Positions 11,320 through 35,627 of a stretch of DNA of 64,000 bases are shown piece by piece. The first letter of the stretch is position 1. Each line of letters begins with the position of its first letter. This DNA comes from Scenedesmus sp. PABB004 (taxonomy: Eukaryota): assembly GCA_014905635.1 (NCBI GenBank), contig JABVCE010000005.1:1054001-1118000 (forward strand), written 5' to 3'. The notes under the pieces are model-generated. The model did not search any database. It was not told the origin of the DNA and saw only the letters and a program-made list of their open reading frames with translations. The position numbers were made by a program, and so were the translations under genes.

Positions 11320-14300
11320 TCAGAACCTGAAGCTCGACTCGACCTCCATGGCCCAGTGGAACTTGGTGAGGAGGGACTTGTTGAAGATCTTCTCCATGGG
11401 CACCTCGTTGCGCTTGCACCACGCGATGGTGATGCGCGGGTCCATGTAGTTGATCTTGCTCGTTCCCAGCGCGACCGTCTTGAGCTCCTCGCGCGACGCC
11501 GCCGAGATCTCGGCCTTGGCCAGCGCGAGGCGCTTGCGCTCGAGCTTGGCCGACACGCTGCGCCGCGCGTCGGCGCGGGAGGCGGGCGCGCGGGAGGCGG
11601 CGCGCGGTGGGCGGCGGGCGCGCGGCAGCGCGGGCGCGTGTGCGCGGCCCGCGGGCGGGCCTCACCTGTCTGTGTTGCCCTTGCCGCTCTTGAACTCCTT
11701 CTCGAGCGCCTTGATGTCGTCCCGCATGGCCGACAGCTTCTCCTCGACCTTGGCCATCGACGCCTCGTGCGTCTTGGGCACGCTGCGCTGGTGGTTGCAC
11801 AGGATCGCGACCTGCGGCGCGGCGCGCGGCGCGCGCGGGGGCTCGCACCGCGCCCTCTCCGCCCCGTGTGCCACGCGCCCTCCGCGCCCCGCCGCCGCCG
11901 CGCGCCCCGCCGCGCCCTCCACCGAGACCCGCCGCGACCCGCCGCGCCGCGCCCCGCCGCCTCGCACCTCCTTGTTGGCGCGGTCGTAGTCTGCCTTCTT
12001 CTCCTCCAGCGTGCGCTCCGCGTAGGCGGGGCCGTCGCGGGCCTCCATCTCGGCGAGCAGCCGGTCGAGCGTGATGGACGCGTTGTACGTGCGGAACACC
12101 TGCCGGCGGCGGCGGTGGTGGCGGGAAGGGGGGGGGGGGCGGCGCGGCGCGTGTGTTGATTGTGTGCGCGTGTTTGGTGTGTGTGCGTGCATTTGCTGCG
12201 TGCGTGCGTGGCTGTGCGGGTGCGGGCGCTGGTGCGGGTGTGAACGGGAGGTGCTGTTCGGTGCTCGCGCGCGGGCAGAGGGGCAGGCGACGGGCGCGCG
12301 GCGGCGCGGCGGGGCGCCACACGCTGGCGGCTGGGCGCCCCCGCACCTTGACGCTGAGTCCGTCCATGAGGCTTTTGAGCTCCTTGTTGAGGTCGGTCGC
12401 GTCAAAGGTGTCAAACAGCATGTCGCGCGGGCCCTTGCCTGACCCGCGGCGGCGGCAGCGGCACACGCGGTGAGTGCGGGCCGCGCGACCGCCGCGCGCC
12501 GTCGCCTCCACCCCGCGCGCCCGCCCCGCGCCGCCCGCGCCCGCGTGTGCGCCTGCCGCACTCACGCTTGCCCTTGGCGTCGGTGCGCACAAAGGTCGCG
12601 ACCGCGCGATAGACCTTGGGCTCCACGTCGACCGTGTTCTCGTACTTGATGCTGTCCTTGCCCAGGAAGTCAAAGCGGATGTGGTTGGGCGGCACGCACT
12701 CGACGTTCTCGACCTGGCCGTGTGGGGCGCGGCGGCGTGGACGAACGTGGGCGGGGCAGGGCAGAGGCGGCGGCAGAGGCGCCGGCAGAGGCGGCGGCAG
12801 CGGCGGCGGCGGCGGCGGAGGCGCGGCAGCGGACCTTGAGCGTGCAGCAGCCCACGGTGTCGGCCTCGTCCTCGTCCTTCTCGTGCCCCGCGCGCAGCGC
12901 GAGCTTGTCCAGGAAGTACACGGCGACAGCCATCTGGCGGGCCGGCGCGCAGGCGGGCGGCCAGGCGGGCGGGTCAGCGGGCGGGTGAGCTGCGCGGCGC
13001 GGCGCGGGAGGGCGTGCGCTGCGGCGGCGCGCGCTCGCCCCGCGGGCGCGCTCGCCTGCTGGCGGCGCAGGTCCTTGGAGTCCCAGTCGCGCGTGTAGTT
13101 GGCCCGGATCTTGTCGATGTGCAGCTTGAGCTTGCGCGCCTTTTCGTACTTCTGGAGGTCGCTGCTGCTCTTGAACGCGCTGTTCGCGCTCAGCCACACG
13201 TACCTGCGCCACGCGCGCGAGCGCGCGCGCGCGCAGTGAGCTCGCGCAGCGCGCGGGCGCAGCGGGCGGGCGCGCGGGCGGGCGCCGCCGCGCCGCCGCG
13301 CCGCCGCCGGTGGGCGCTGCCGGCGCACTTGTACTCCTTGGGGTTGACTGTGTCCTTCCAGAACGCGAGCCACGTGACCGTGTTGTCGTGCCGCACCTCC
13401 TTCCAGCGCTGCCCCGGGTACGGGTGCTCCGGCACGGGCGCGCCGGGGCCTGCGCGCGCGCGCGCGCGCGGGGGCACGCGCGCGTGAGCGGCGCCGCGCG
13501 GCGCGGCGCCGGCCGCCTGCCTCGCCGCGCTGCCGCCGCGCCGCTGCCGCGCTGCCGCTGCGTACGCGCGTATCGCGCACCGATGTTGATGGTGATGTCC
13601 CGCGGGAAGACCCGCGACTTGACGCGGCCCATCTTGGGGTGCTCGCCGCGCCCCCGGAACAGGCTCGGCGGCTCCACCCGGAAGTTGCCCACCTGGCGTT
13701 GCGCAGCGGCGGCGGCGGCGCGTGGGCGCCGCCCGCCGGCCCAGCACTGCGCGCCGCGCGCGGCAGCCGCCGCCCCCCCCCCCCCCCCCGCGCTGCCGGC
13801 GCCGCGGCCTGCGCGCCTGCTCCTGGCGGCCGTCGACCATGGCGTACTTAAACTTGGCCTCCGCCGCGTCCTTCTCGGCCTTCAGCGCCGCCTTGGCCTG
13901 AGGCGCGGCGCGCCGCCGGCAGCGCGCGCGCGGCTCAGCGCGCGGCACGGCGCCGCTGGCTCCGCCGCGCCGCCGCCGCCGCCGCGGGCTCGCCGCTGGG
14001 CTCGCCGCTGCCGCGACGCCGCCAGGCTGGCTGCCGCCGCTGGGCTCGCAGCGGCGCGCGCCAACCGCCGCGGCCAACCGCCGCAACCGCCGCGCCGCGC
14101 CGCGCCGCACCTCCTTGCTGAGCGCCTTCTTGGCCTCGCGCTCTGCGATGAGGTGGTCGTAGATGGGCGTGAAGTCGCACTTGTCGAGCGACTTGATGGC
14201 GTGGCCCTTGCCGAGCACGTCGCGGAAGCCCTCCCAGAAGTTGGCCAGGAACGTGGGCTTGGCCATGTAGTCGGTCTCCTTCATGATCGCAAACATGCTC

Positions 14301-14432
14301 GCGACCTCCTCCTGCTCCGGCGTCAGCTCCACGGGCTTGCCGTCGTAGAGCATCTTGACGCCGTGCGGCGCGTACTCGGGCGGGAAGAGCACGCCCGCGT
14401 GCTCGAGCGTGCGCCACTTCTGCTCGCCGCGC

Positions 14433-14469
<37 letters not shown>

Positions 14470-14839
14470 GGCTGCGCGACGCCGACTCGCCTCGCTGCCG
14501 CTTGGGCGTGGAGCGGCGCGCGGCGGGGGCGGCCTTGCGCTTCTGGCCCGGCCGCGCCCGCTGGCTCAGCGGCACGTCGTCCTCGCTGTCGCTGCTGCCC
14601 CCGCTGGCGCTGGAGTCGTCGTCCTCGTCGTCCTCGTCGTCGCCGAGGCCGCTGCTGCTCCGCCCGCTGCGCCCAGCGCTGCTGGGCGTGGCCGCGCTGC
14701 GCGGCCGAGCTGCTGCCGGCCGCGCGCCGGCCGCCCGAGGCGCGCCGTTGGCCGAGGCCGGCGCGGCGGGAGGCTTGGCTGCCACCGCCGTCGCGCGCTG
14801 GGCCAGCGGGACGTCATCGTCGCTGTCGCTGCTCGACAT
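11320..14839 (-). CDS. TOP1: DNA topoisomerase I (type IB), 11 exons
   Basis: [115 protein letters not shown] and the catalytic [11 protein letters not shown]. Ten introns with clean donors and acceptors. Confidence 0.97.
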
Positions 14840-15395
14840 TCTCGCCGGTTGATGGGCCCCCGCCCACGCCCCGGCAGGCCACGGTCGCGGCCCGGGCTGC
14901 TCGGCCCCAGCTCGGCAGGGGCGCGGCGCAGGCGCGAGGCGCGCAGGAGTGGCGGGGCGGAGCCGCGGCGGCGCGTGCAAGGGCGGCGCAGCAGCGGCCG
15001 CGGCCCCGTCACGCCGAGCGGCGGTTCTGCGGACGCGTGCGACGTCGGTCACCCGAGGCGCGTCCCAGGCGGCCGCCTCGCCCAGTGCGAGGGGCCTGTC
15101 GTCGCGGTCTCGCGCGCGCACGCCGGCAGCTCCCGCGCGACCGCCCGCCGGCCCGCACCGCGCTGCGCGGGCGCTGCTGCCCGCCCTCGCCGCGCGGGGC
15201 GCGCCCCGCTCTCTCGTGCACCCTCCCCAACCAGCAGTCCCGTCCCCCAACCGCTGCCGTCGCCTGCCGCTCGCGGGGCGCGCCGAATGTGCGCCGCGCC
15301 GCCGCCGCGCCTGCCGCTGCTGCCGCCGCTGCTGCCGCCGCTGCTGCCGCTGCAGGAGCGCCGCATGTGCTGCTGCTGCGTCACTCTCTGGTGCG

Positions 15396-16033
15396 TCACT
15401 CGGTGAGGATGCCCAGGATGTCCTCGTCCCGGAAGAGGAAGACCCTGCGCCCGGCGGCAGGCAGCGGGCAGGGGCAGCAGCGGGACAGCAGCGGAGGGCG
15501 GAGGCGGCGGGGCGGTCGGTCGGTGCCGCGGCGGGGGCTGCGGCTGCCCTGCGGCTGCGGCACCGCATGCGGCGCGGCCGCGCCGGCGGCGCGTGCCGTG
15601 CGCCGCGCCGTGGCCGCCGGCGCCGCCGCTGCTGCTGCTCGCCGCGCGTTTGGGGCCGGCGCGCGCTGCCGCCCGCCCGGCGCGCGGCGCGCTCACTCCT
15701 TGTTGTCCAGCTTCACTAGGGCGCCGCCGTACTCGGGCAGCAGCACCTTGTCGCCCTCCTTGACGCTCACGGGGACGAGGTCTCCGTCCTTGGTGCGCCT
15801 GCCCGGCCCCACCGCGAGCACCACGCCCTCGTTCACCTGCCGCGGGCGCCCGCGTCAGGCGAACCGAACGCGGGCCGAGCCGACGCGCAGGGGCGCGCGG
15901 GGGCGGTGCATCGCGACCGCACCTTGGGCGCCGCGCTCTCCGGCAGCAGCACGCCGCCCGCGCTCTTGGTGGGCGCGACGACCTTCTCGATCAGCACCCG
16001 GTCCAGCAGCGGGATCAGGCGCCGCACGGCCAT
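15396..16033 (-). CDS. CPN10: 10 kDa chaperonin (GroES/HSP10), 3 exons
   Basis: [37 protein letters not shown] | [47 protein letters not shown] | [15 protein letters not shown]. Two GT-AG introns. Confidence 0.95.
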
Positions 16034-16768
16034 GGTGCAGGCGCGGGCAGCAGCAGCCGGCAGCAGCGGGGTGCGGTCGGGCGGCGTGGCGGGGTGCGGG
16101 CGCGCGGGGTGGCGGTGGGGACGCCTGTGAATGCGGAGGGCGGCCTGCGAGGGCGAGGGGCTGGGCGTGGCGCGGGGCCGGCGCGCGTCTCCAGGCCCTT
16201 CTGCTGCGCCGCCGCGGTCGCGGGGTGTGCGCGGTCCGCGGCGAAGCGGCGCTGCGAGCGGGCGGTGCACCATGCGCACGCCGGCAGAGGGAGAGCGGCG
16301 GGTGATGCACGCGCGCCGCGCGCCCGGCGAGCAGCGGCGCGGCCGGTGCCGCCGCGCGCGACACACCGAGCCGCGTGCGCCAGTCGCGGAGATCGCGTCA
16401 CAGCTGCACGTGGCTCAGCGAAGCAGGCCGGCCCGCCGAGCGCCGAGCGACCAGCCCCGAGCAGGCGCCGAGCCCCCGGCGCGCCGCGGCGGTGTCGGCG
16501 CGCGCTGCTGAACTCCGGCTGGCGCCGTCGCTACCGGCCGTGACGCGCCCCCGAAACTCGGGGAGTCACCGGTGGCAGCAGCAGCCGGCGGCTCAAAACC
16601 GCCGCTGCCATTCCCGCCGCCGATCTCGCTGCTGCTGTCGACCAGCTGCTCGACGAACGTCGACACCATCGCGCGCAGCATCACCGAGATATCTCGGGCG
16701 TTCAAGCGCCCACACCAGCAGCAGCAGCAGCAAAAAGTGACTGCCGCCAATCGCTGCGATCGGCCACG

Positions 16769-17490
16769 ATGGCGCCCTCCCCGACCGCGCCAGCAGCTCC
16801 CGGGATGCTCCTGCTCCTGCTGCTGATGGCGGCGGCGGCCCCGGCCCGCGCCTGCTCGCTCACCGGCCGGGTCACGGTCGGCGCCAACCAAAACTCCTTT
16901 GTCACACCGCAGCTCGGCAATGCTACCATGGGCTACCGCCTTTACGGGGTGAGTCGGGGCTGTCAGAGCCCGTCCTGCGCGATCGCCGCCGCGCTCCCGG
17001 CTTGCGCACCCGGGCGCCGGCCAGCCGCTGCTGCCGCGCACGCACGACACCGCCGCGCGCGCCCCCGGCCAGCGCGGCCTGCGCGCCGGCCGCCGCCGCC
17101 GCCGCCGCGGCCGACCCGTCTCGCACGGCCCCCGACCCCGTGCGCAGGCGGAGCAGGTGAAGGCGCACTTTGCCAACCAGGCGAACGTGCAGCTCCTGGA
17201 TCCTCTGAAGGTGAGCGGGCAAAAGGCAGCGCCTGCCAGCAAGCGAGCGCCGCGCTGGCTGGGCGCGCGCCGGCCGCGGCCGCCCGCCGCCGCCTCCGCG
17301 GCCGACCCCTCCCGCACGCCCCTCGACCCGGGCCCGCCGCAGACGTACTTTGCCTGCGTGGACGCGCGGGGCAACACCGACGTGCTCGGCACGCCCGGCG
17401 GCGACCTGGCCGAGGTCGTGGCCGCGGCGATGGCCTACCTCAAGCTCGAGTGAGCGGGAACATAGACATGAACAGGCGCTCGCTAGCTAG

Positions 17491-17550
<60 letters not shown>

Positions 17551-19039
17551 GCATTCATCTCCCCGCGCCGCGCCGCGCGCAGGAAGCTGCCCCCGACCGC
17601 GGAGCACGTTGGCCGCGTGTTCCAGGCCTTTATCGACCACGTCGCGACACCGACGCGGCCGATCTACTTCCACACCGACGACACCAAGGTGCGAGGGGGG
17701 GGGGGGGTAACTCGTTGGCGGTGCTAGGGTTTCGGGCTGCTTGCCCTGAACCCTAGCTGGTCTGCGGCGCGCCCCGCCCCGCCCCCGCGCTGAGCCGCCG
17801 CCGCCGCCGCCGCTGCCTCCAGCTGCGCGTGCTCTTCAGCAAGGTCGCCGCGGGCGGCGTCGAGCCCAAGCCCTCCATCACGCCGTACGAGTGCGTGGCA
17901 GCGCCCGCGCTGCTTGCGCGCCCCCGCGCGCAAGCAGCCGTCGGTGGCCTGGCCCGACGCGCGCGCGCGTGCGTGCAGCCGTCCGCGGCCGGGGCCCGAC
18001 GCACGCGCTGCCGTGGGCGCCACAGGGCGCCCAAGGACCCGGCCGTGAAGGACCTGTGGCTGCGCGAGGCGATCAAGCCCGAGGCGCAGGTGCGAGGCGC
18101 CCGCGTCCGCGGCGCGCGTGGGGTGGCTGCCGCCGCCGCCGCCGGCGCGCGCCGCGCGCGCGCGGCCGCGTGCGAGCGCGCCGTTCCCCTGCTGCCGACG
18201 CCACGCCGCGCCGCGGCGCCAGGGCTGCGGTCACTTCCGGCTCATGCTCGCCCCGGCCACGGCCGGCCAGTACAGCGTGCGCGCGAGCGGCGATGACGTC
18301 GCGCCGTGCAACAACACCGCGGTCGACTGCATCGACTCTGCCGCCGTCGCGCGTGAGGTGCTCTCCGCGTATTTCAAGTGAGCCCGGCGGCCCCCGCGCG
18401 CCGCGCCCCGAGCCGCCGCGCCCGCCGCAGTGCTGACGCTCCCCGCGCTGACGAGCCGCGCCGACGCGCCCCGCCGCCCGCGGCGCGCAGCTACTTTTGG
18501 TCGACGCCGGCGGGCAGCAAGGAGCGGCAGAAGGTCAAGCTGGTCGTCGACCTCGGCCCCCTAACCGGCCGCGCGGTCGCGGTCATCGGCCTGTCCAACC
18601 GTGCGCGCGCCGCACGCACGCCGCGCCACGCCACATGCACGCCGCGCCGCACCGCGCCCCCCCCTTTTGCGGCCCACGTGCGCGCCCCGCCCGCCCCCGC
18701 GGCCGCTGCGCGCGCGTGCGCGCAGCCAACGGCTCCTGCTCCGACGTCGCGCCGGCGATCGAGCCCTCCTACCTCGGTTCCACGCTCTTCGTCTACCACG
18801 ACCAGGCGGTCAAGGCCTGGCGCAGCCACGCCGCGCCGACGCTGGGCCTGCTGCCGTCGGCCAAGCGCTCCGCGCTCGCGCCGCTCTGGACGAGCGTCGC
18901 GGGCCAGCAGCTCGGCGCGACGCTGCAGCTGCTCAACCCCGCCAACGCGGTCGGCCTCTTCCCCGTGACGCTCGAGTCGGACGCGCGCCCGCAGCCGCTG
19001 CGCAGCGTGGGGCAGTTTGTGCGCGGCCTGCGCCCGTGA
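16769..19039 (+). CDS. Secreted protein with beta/zeta-class carbonic-anhydrase-like metal-binding motifs, 9 exons
   Basis: Hydrophobic signal peptide [16 protein letters not shown]. Spliced exons give YFACVDARGNTDVLGTPGGDLAE (17343-17450), IYFHTDD (~17663-17685) and GCGHFRLML (18223-18250). Eight GT-AG introns keep the frame to TGA at 19039. Function is inferred from motifs only. Confidence 0.6.
17492..17548 (+). repeat. (AGC)n microsatellite, about 19 units, intronic
   Basis: Pure AGC run inside the intron spanning 17450-17582. Confidence 0.9.
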
Positions 19040-19499
19040 GGCGCGCGCGTGCGTCTGGACCACCAGCTGGGCACAAGCGAGCCATCCAACTGAGTCAACT
19101 TCTGGCGGCATTGCCTGAGACCCCGGCCGCTCGAGCTCCAGCAGCTCGCCAGGGCGGCGGACCCTCAGCGGCGGCGAGGGCTGTCCTTTTGGTTGTGGGA
19201 GCTGGCCTGCCAGAATTAAGGGTCGGCAGGGCGATATAGAAATGTTGAAATCTTCGACTGACGCGACGGGGCACGGCGCTGCGGCGCGCGGCGCCTTGAA
19301 ATGGCGGCGGTTCACCGCGGCCGCGCCGCTGCCCCGCGCGCCCGGCAATCCGCACTCCGGCTGAGACACGCCACAGGCATCGCGCAGCAGCAGCACCGCC
19401 AGCCCCTGTGCGCGCTGCGCAGCGGCGGCCACCTGCGTCGCCGGCGCTGCTCTCCTGCTGCTGCTGCCGCGGCGGCAATGGGCCCCTCAGGCGGCCACC

Positions 19500-32399
<12,900 letters not shown>

Positions 32400-32602
32400 G
32401 GGAGCGAGGGGGCCGCCGCCGCCGCCGCTGAGAGACGCGAGCGCGGGCGCGCCGCCGGGCGTCTGCAATCGACGCCGTCACCTCGCTCGGCGCACGCGCG
32501 CCGGCCTGCCCGCCCTCCCCTAGCATGCCACACCGCCGCCCCGCCCGCTACGCCGCGCCCGCCCCCCGCCCCGCGGCCGCGCCCCCGCTCGGCTGCTGCT
32601 GC

Positions 32603-33796
32603 TCAGTGCGCAGTGCGCCAGTCCTCGGAGTAGTACCTGCACGGCGGAGCAGCGGCAGGGCGCGTCAGCTCGCCGCCCCCGCAGCCGCCCTGCAGCCGCC
32701 CCGCGGCCCCCGCAGCCGCCCGTGGCCGCAGCCGCGGCCGCAGCCGCAGCCGCAGCCGCAGCCGCAGCCGCAGCCGCAGCCGCCCGCCGCGGCGCACTTG
32801 TTGCCGGTGTACTTGCAGACCTTGGGGTTGTCGTAGCTGCTGCCGCGGAGGTTGATGTACTCCACCTGCGCGCGGCGCGCAGGCAGGCAGGCCCCCGCGG
32901 CGGCGACAGGCGCACGCGGGTGGGCGGGCCGGCGGGCCGGCGGCGTGCGCGCGGCCGCGCCGCGCCGCGCCGGGGGCGCCGCGCACCGGGCAGCCCAGCG
33001 CGGGGTCGTCGCCTGCGGGGCGGGGGCGCCGGGCGGCGGTGAGGTGAGCGGGCCGCCGCGCGCCGCCCGCGGCCAGTGCTGCTGCCGGCCTGCCACTGCC
33101 CCCCCCCCTTCCCGCCCCGGCGCTGCACTCACTGCCGTAGCTGGCGACCACCGCGCCGTGGACCTTGATTGGCTCCGTGGACTGAATGTACTCCATGGGG
33201 GTCTTGCCGCCGCCCTGGCGAGCGCGGCGGCGCGCAGCGGCGTGGGCGCCCCGCGCGCCACACGCACGCCCGCCGCCGCAGCCAGCGGCCCCCGCCGCTG
33301 CCGCCGCCGCCTCCACCCGCTGCCGCCCGCCGCCCGCCGCCCCCGCCCCCGCCGTCCCCGCCCCCGGCGCCGCCGCACCTGCAGCCACTTGTCGGTGTGG
33401 TTGTTGATGCCGTCGCCCTTGCCCAGGCCGCTCGTCGACCTGCGCGCGGCGCGGGCCGCGGGCAGGCGGGCTCGTAAGCAGCGCCACACGGTGCGCCGCG
33501 CGCCGGCGGTGGCTGCAGGCCGCGCGCGGCGCGCACCGGAGGTCGCCGACGAACGCCTGCCCCGGCGTCGTCGTCTCGGGCATGTCGCGCGCCGTCGCCG
33601 GCGGCAGCTTCACGGCCGCCCAGTCCTGCGCCACCACCAGGTCCTCGCTGGACGCCTTGCCGCCCGCCGCGGCGGCCTTGGCGGCGCCGCCGGCCTTGGT
33701 CGCGAACGCCGCCGCTGCTGCTGCTGCCGCCGCCGGCGCCGGCGCGCCGCCGCAGCAGAGGCGTGGCAGCAGGGCCAGCGCGCCCGCGCGCAGCAT
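32603..33796 (-). CDS. NDUFS6: Mitochondrial complex I 13 kDa subunit (NDUFS6/NUOS6), 6 exons
   Basis: Presequence [13 protein letters not shown], then [49 protein letters not shown]...[16 protein letters not shown]. This aligns with the plant pattern HT.KW..SPMELI..VPPI.V..R.VAC.G...PALGHP.E.I.L....CKYCG. Confidence 0.85.
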   Translation of the reverse strand: MLRAGALALLPRLCCGGAPAPAAAAAAAAAFATKAGGAAKAAAAGGKASSEDLVVAQDWAAVKLPPATARDMPETTTPGQAFVGDLRCAPRAACSHRRRAAHRVALLTSPPARGPRRAQVDERPGQGRRHQQPHRQVAAGAAAPGAGTAGAGAAGGGRQRVEAAAAAAGAAGCGGGRACGARGAHAAARRRARQGGGKTPMEYIQSTEPIKVHGAVVASYGSECSAGAGRGGGSGRPAAALAAGGARRPAHLTAARRPRPAGDDPALGCPVRGAPGAARRGRAHAAGPPARPPACACRRRGGLPACAPRAGGVHQPPRQQLRQPQGLQVHRQQVRRGGRLRLRLRLRLRLRLRPRLRPRAAAGAAGRLQGGCGGGELTRPAAAPPCRYYSEDWRTAH

Positions 33797-34162
33797 GCTG
33801 GCGCGGCCGCCGGGGGCGCCGGGGCGCGGCCTGGGGCGGGGGAGGGGCTGGAGATTGCTGGGGGGGGGGGGGGCAGGCGCGGGCGGGTCCGGCGAGAAGG
33901 GCGCCTGCTTGGAGGCTGCGACGTTGGATCGTGGCCGGGAGCGACAGTGGAAGGGCACCGGGGCGGCCTGACGGGCGCCAGGGCTCGCAGCAGGGCGCAA
34001 GGGCCTTTAGGCCCTCGTGGCGCGCGCGCCCGGCCGCCCGCGCGCGCCGGCGCGCTCACACCGCTCCACCCCGCCCCCTCCCGCCCGCGCCGCGCCGTCC
34101 CGCGCCTCCCGCCGGCCTGCTCCCCTCGCCTGCTCGCCCCCCCCCCCCCCCCGCCCGCAGCC

Positions 34163-35115
<953 letters not shown>

Positions 35116-35327
35116 GCGCGCCCAGGGGGCGCGGCGCGCGCCGGCCGGCCGGCGGCGCCGCGCGGCGCGGCGCGGCGCCCGTGATCCCCGCGGCGGCGGC
35201 GGCGGCGCCGCGCGCGCCGGGGGGCCGGACCCGGACGCAACCGGGGCGGGGCGGGCGGCAGGGCGGTTCGTTCTCTCTGGGCGGGGGTTTCTTTCCATCA
35301 TCGCAGTGCACTGTTCGCGGCGGCGGC

Positions 35328-35332
35328 TGTAA
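35328..35332 (+). promoter_or_regulatory. TGTAA chlorophyte polyadenylation signal of calmodulin
   Basis: TGTAA about 210 nt after the calmodulin stop. UGUAA is the established poly(A) signal in Chlamydomonas and relatives. Confidence 0.7.
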
Positions 35333-35627
35333 CTCGTTCGCTTGCGTGCGGGTCTTGCGGCCTTGCACCGCCCGGCGGCGGCGCGCGTTCAAACCTCGCG
35401 CCCGCCACCCTGCGCATCGCCCGCTGGCCCCTTCGCGTCGCATTGCCGCGCTCGCCACACCGCCGCGCGCGCCACACCACGGGCCGCCCCCGCCGCCCGG
35501 CAGCGCCGCGGCCGCGCGACGCCCATCTGCTGCGGCGCGTCCCGGCCTGCCCGCGGCGCTTGGGCCCGCGCTGCTTCGCCCAGCTGCGCTCCATACACAC
35601 ACCACCTAGCCAGTGGGGGCGCGCACC

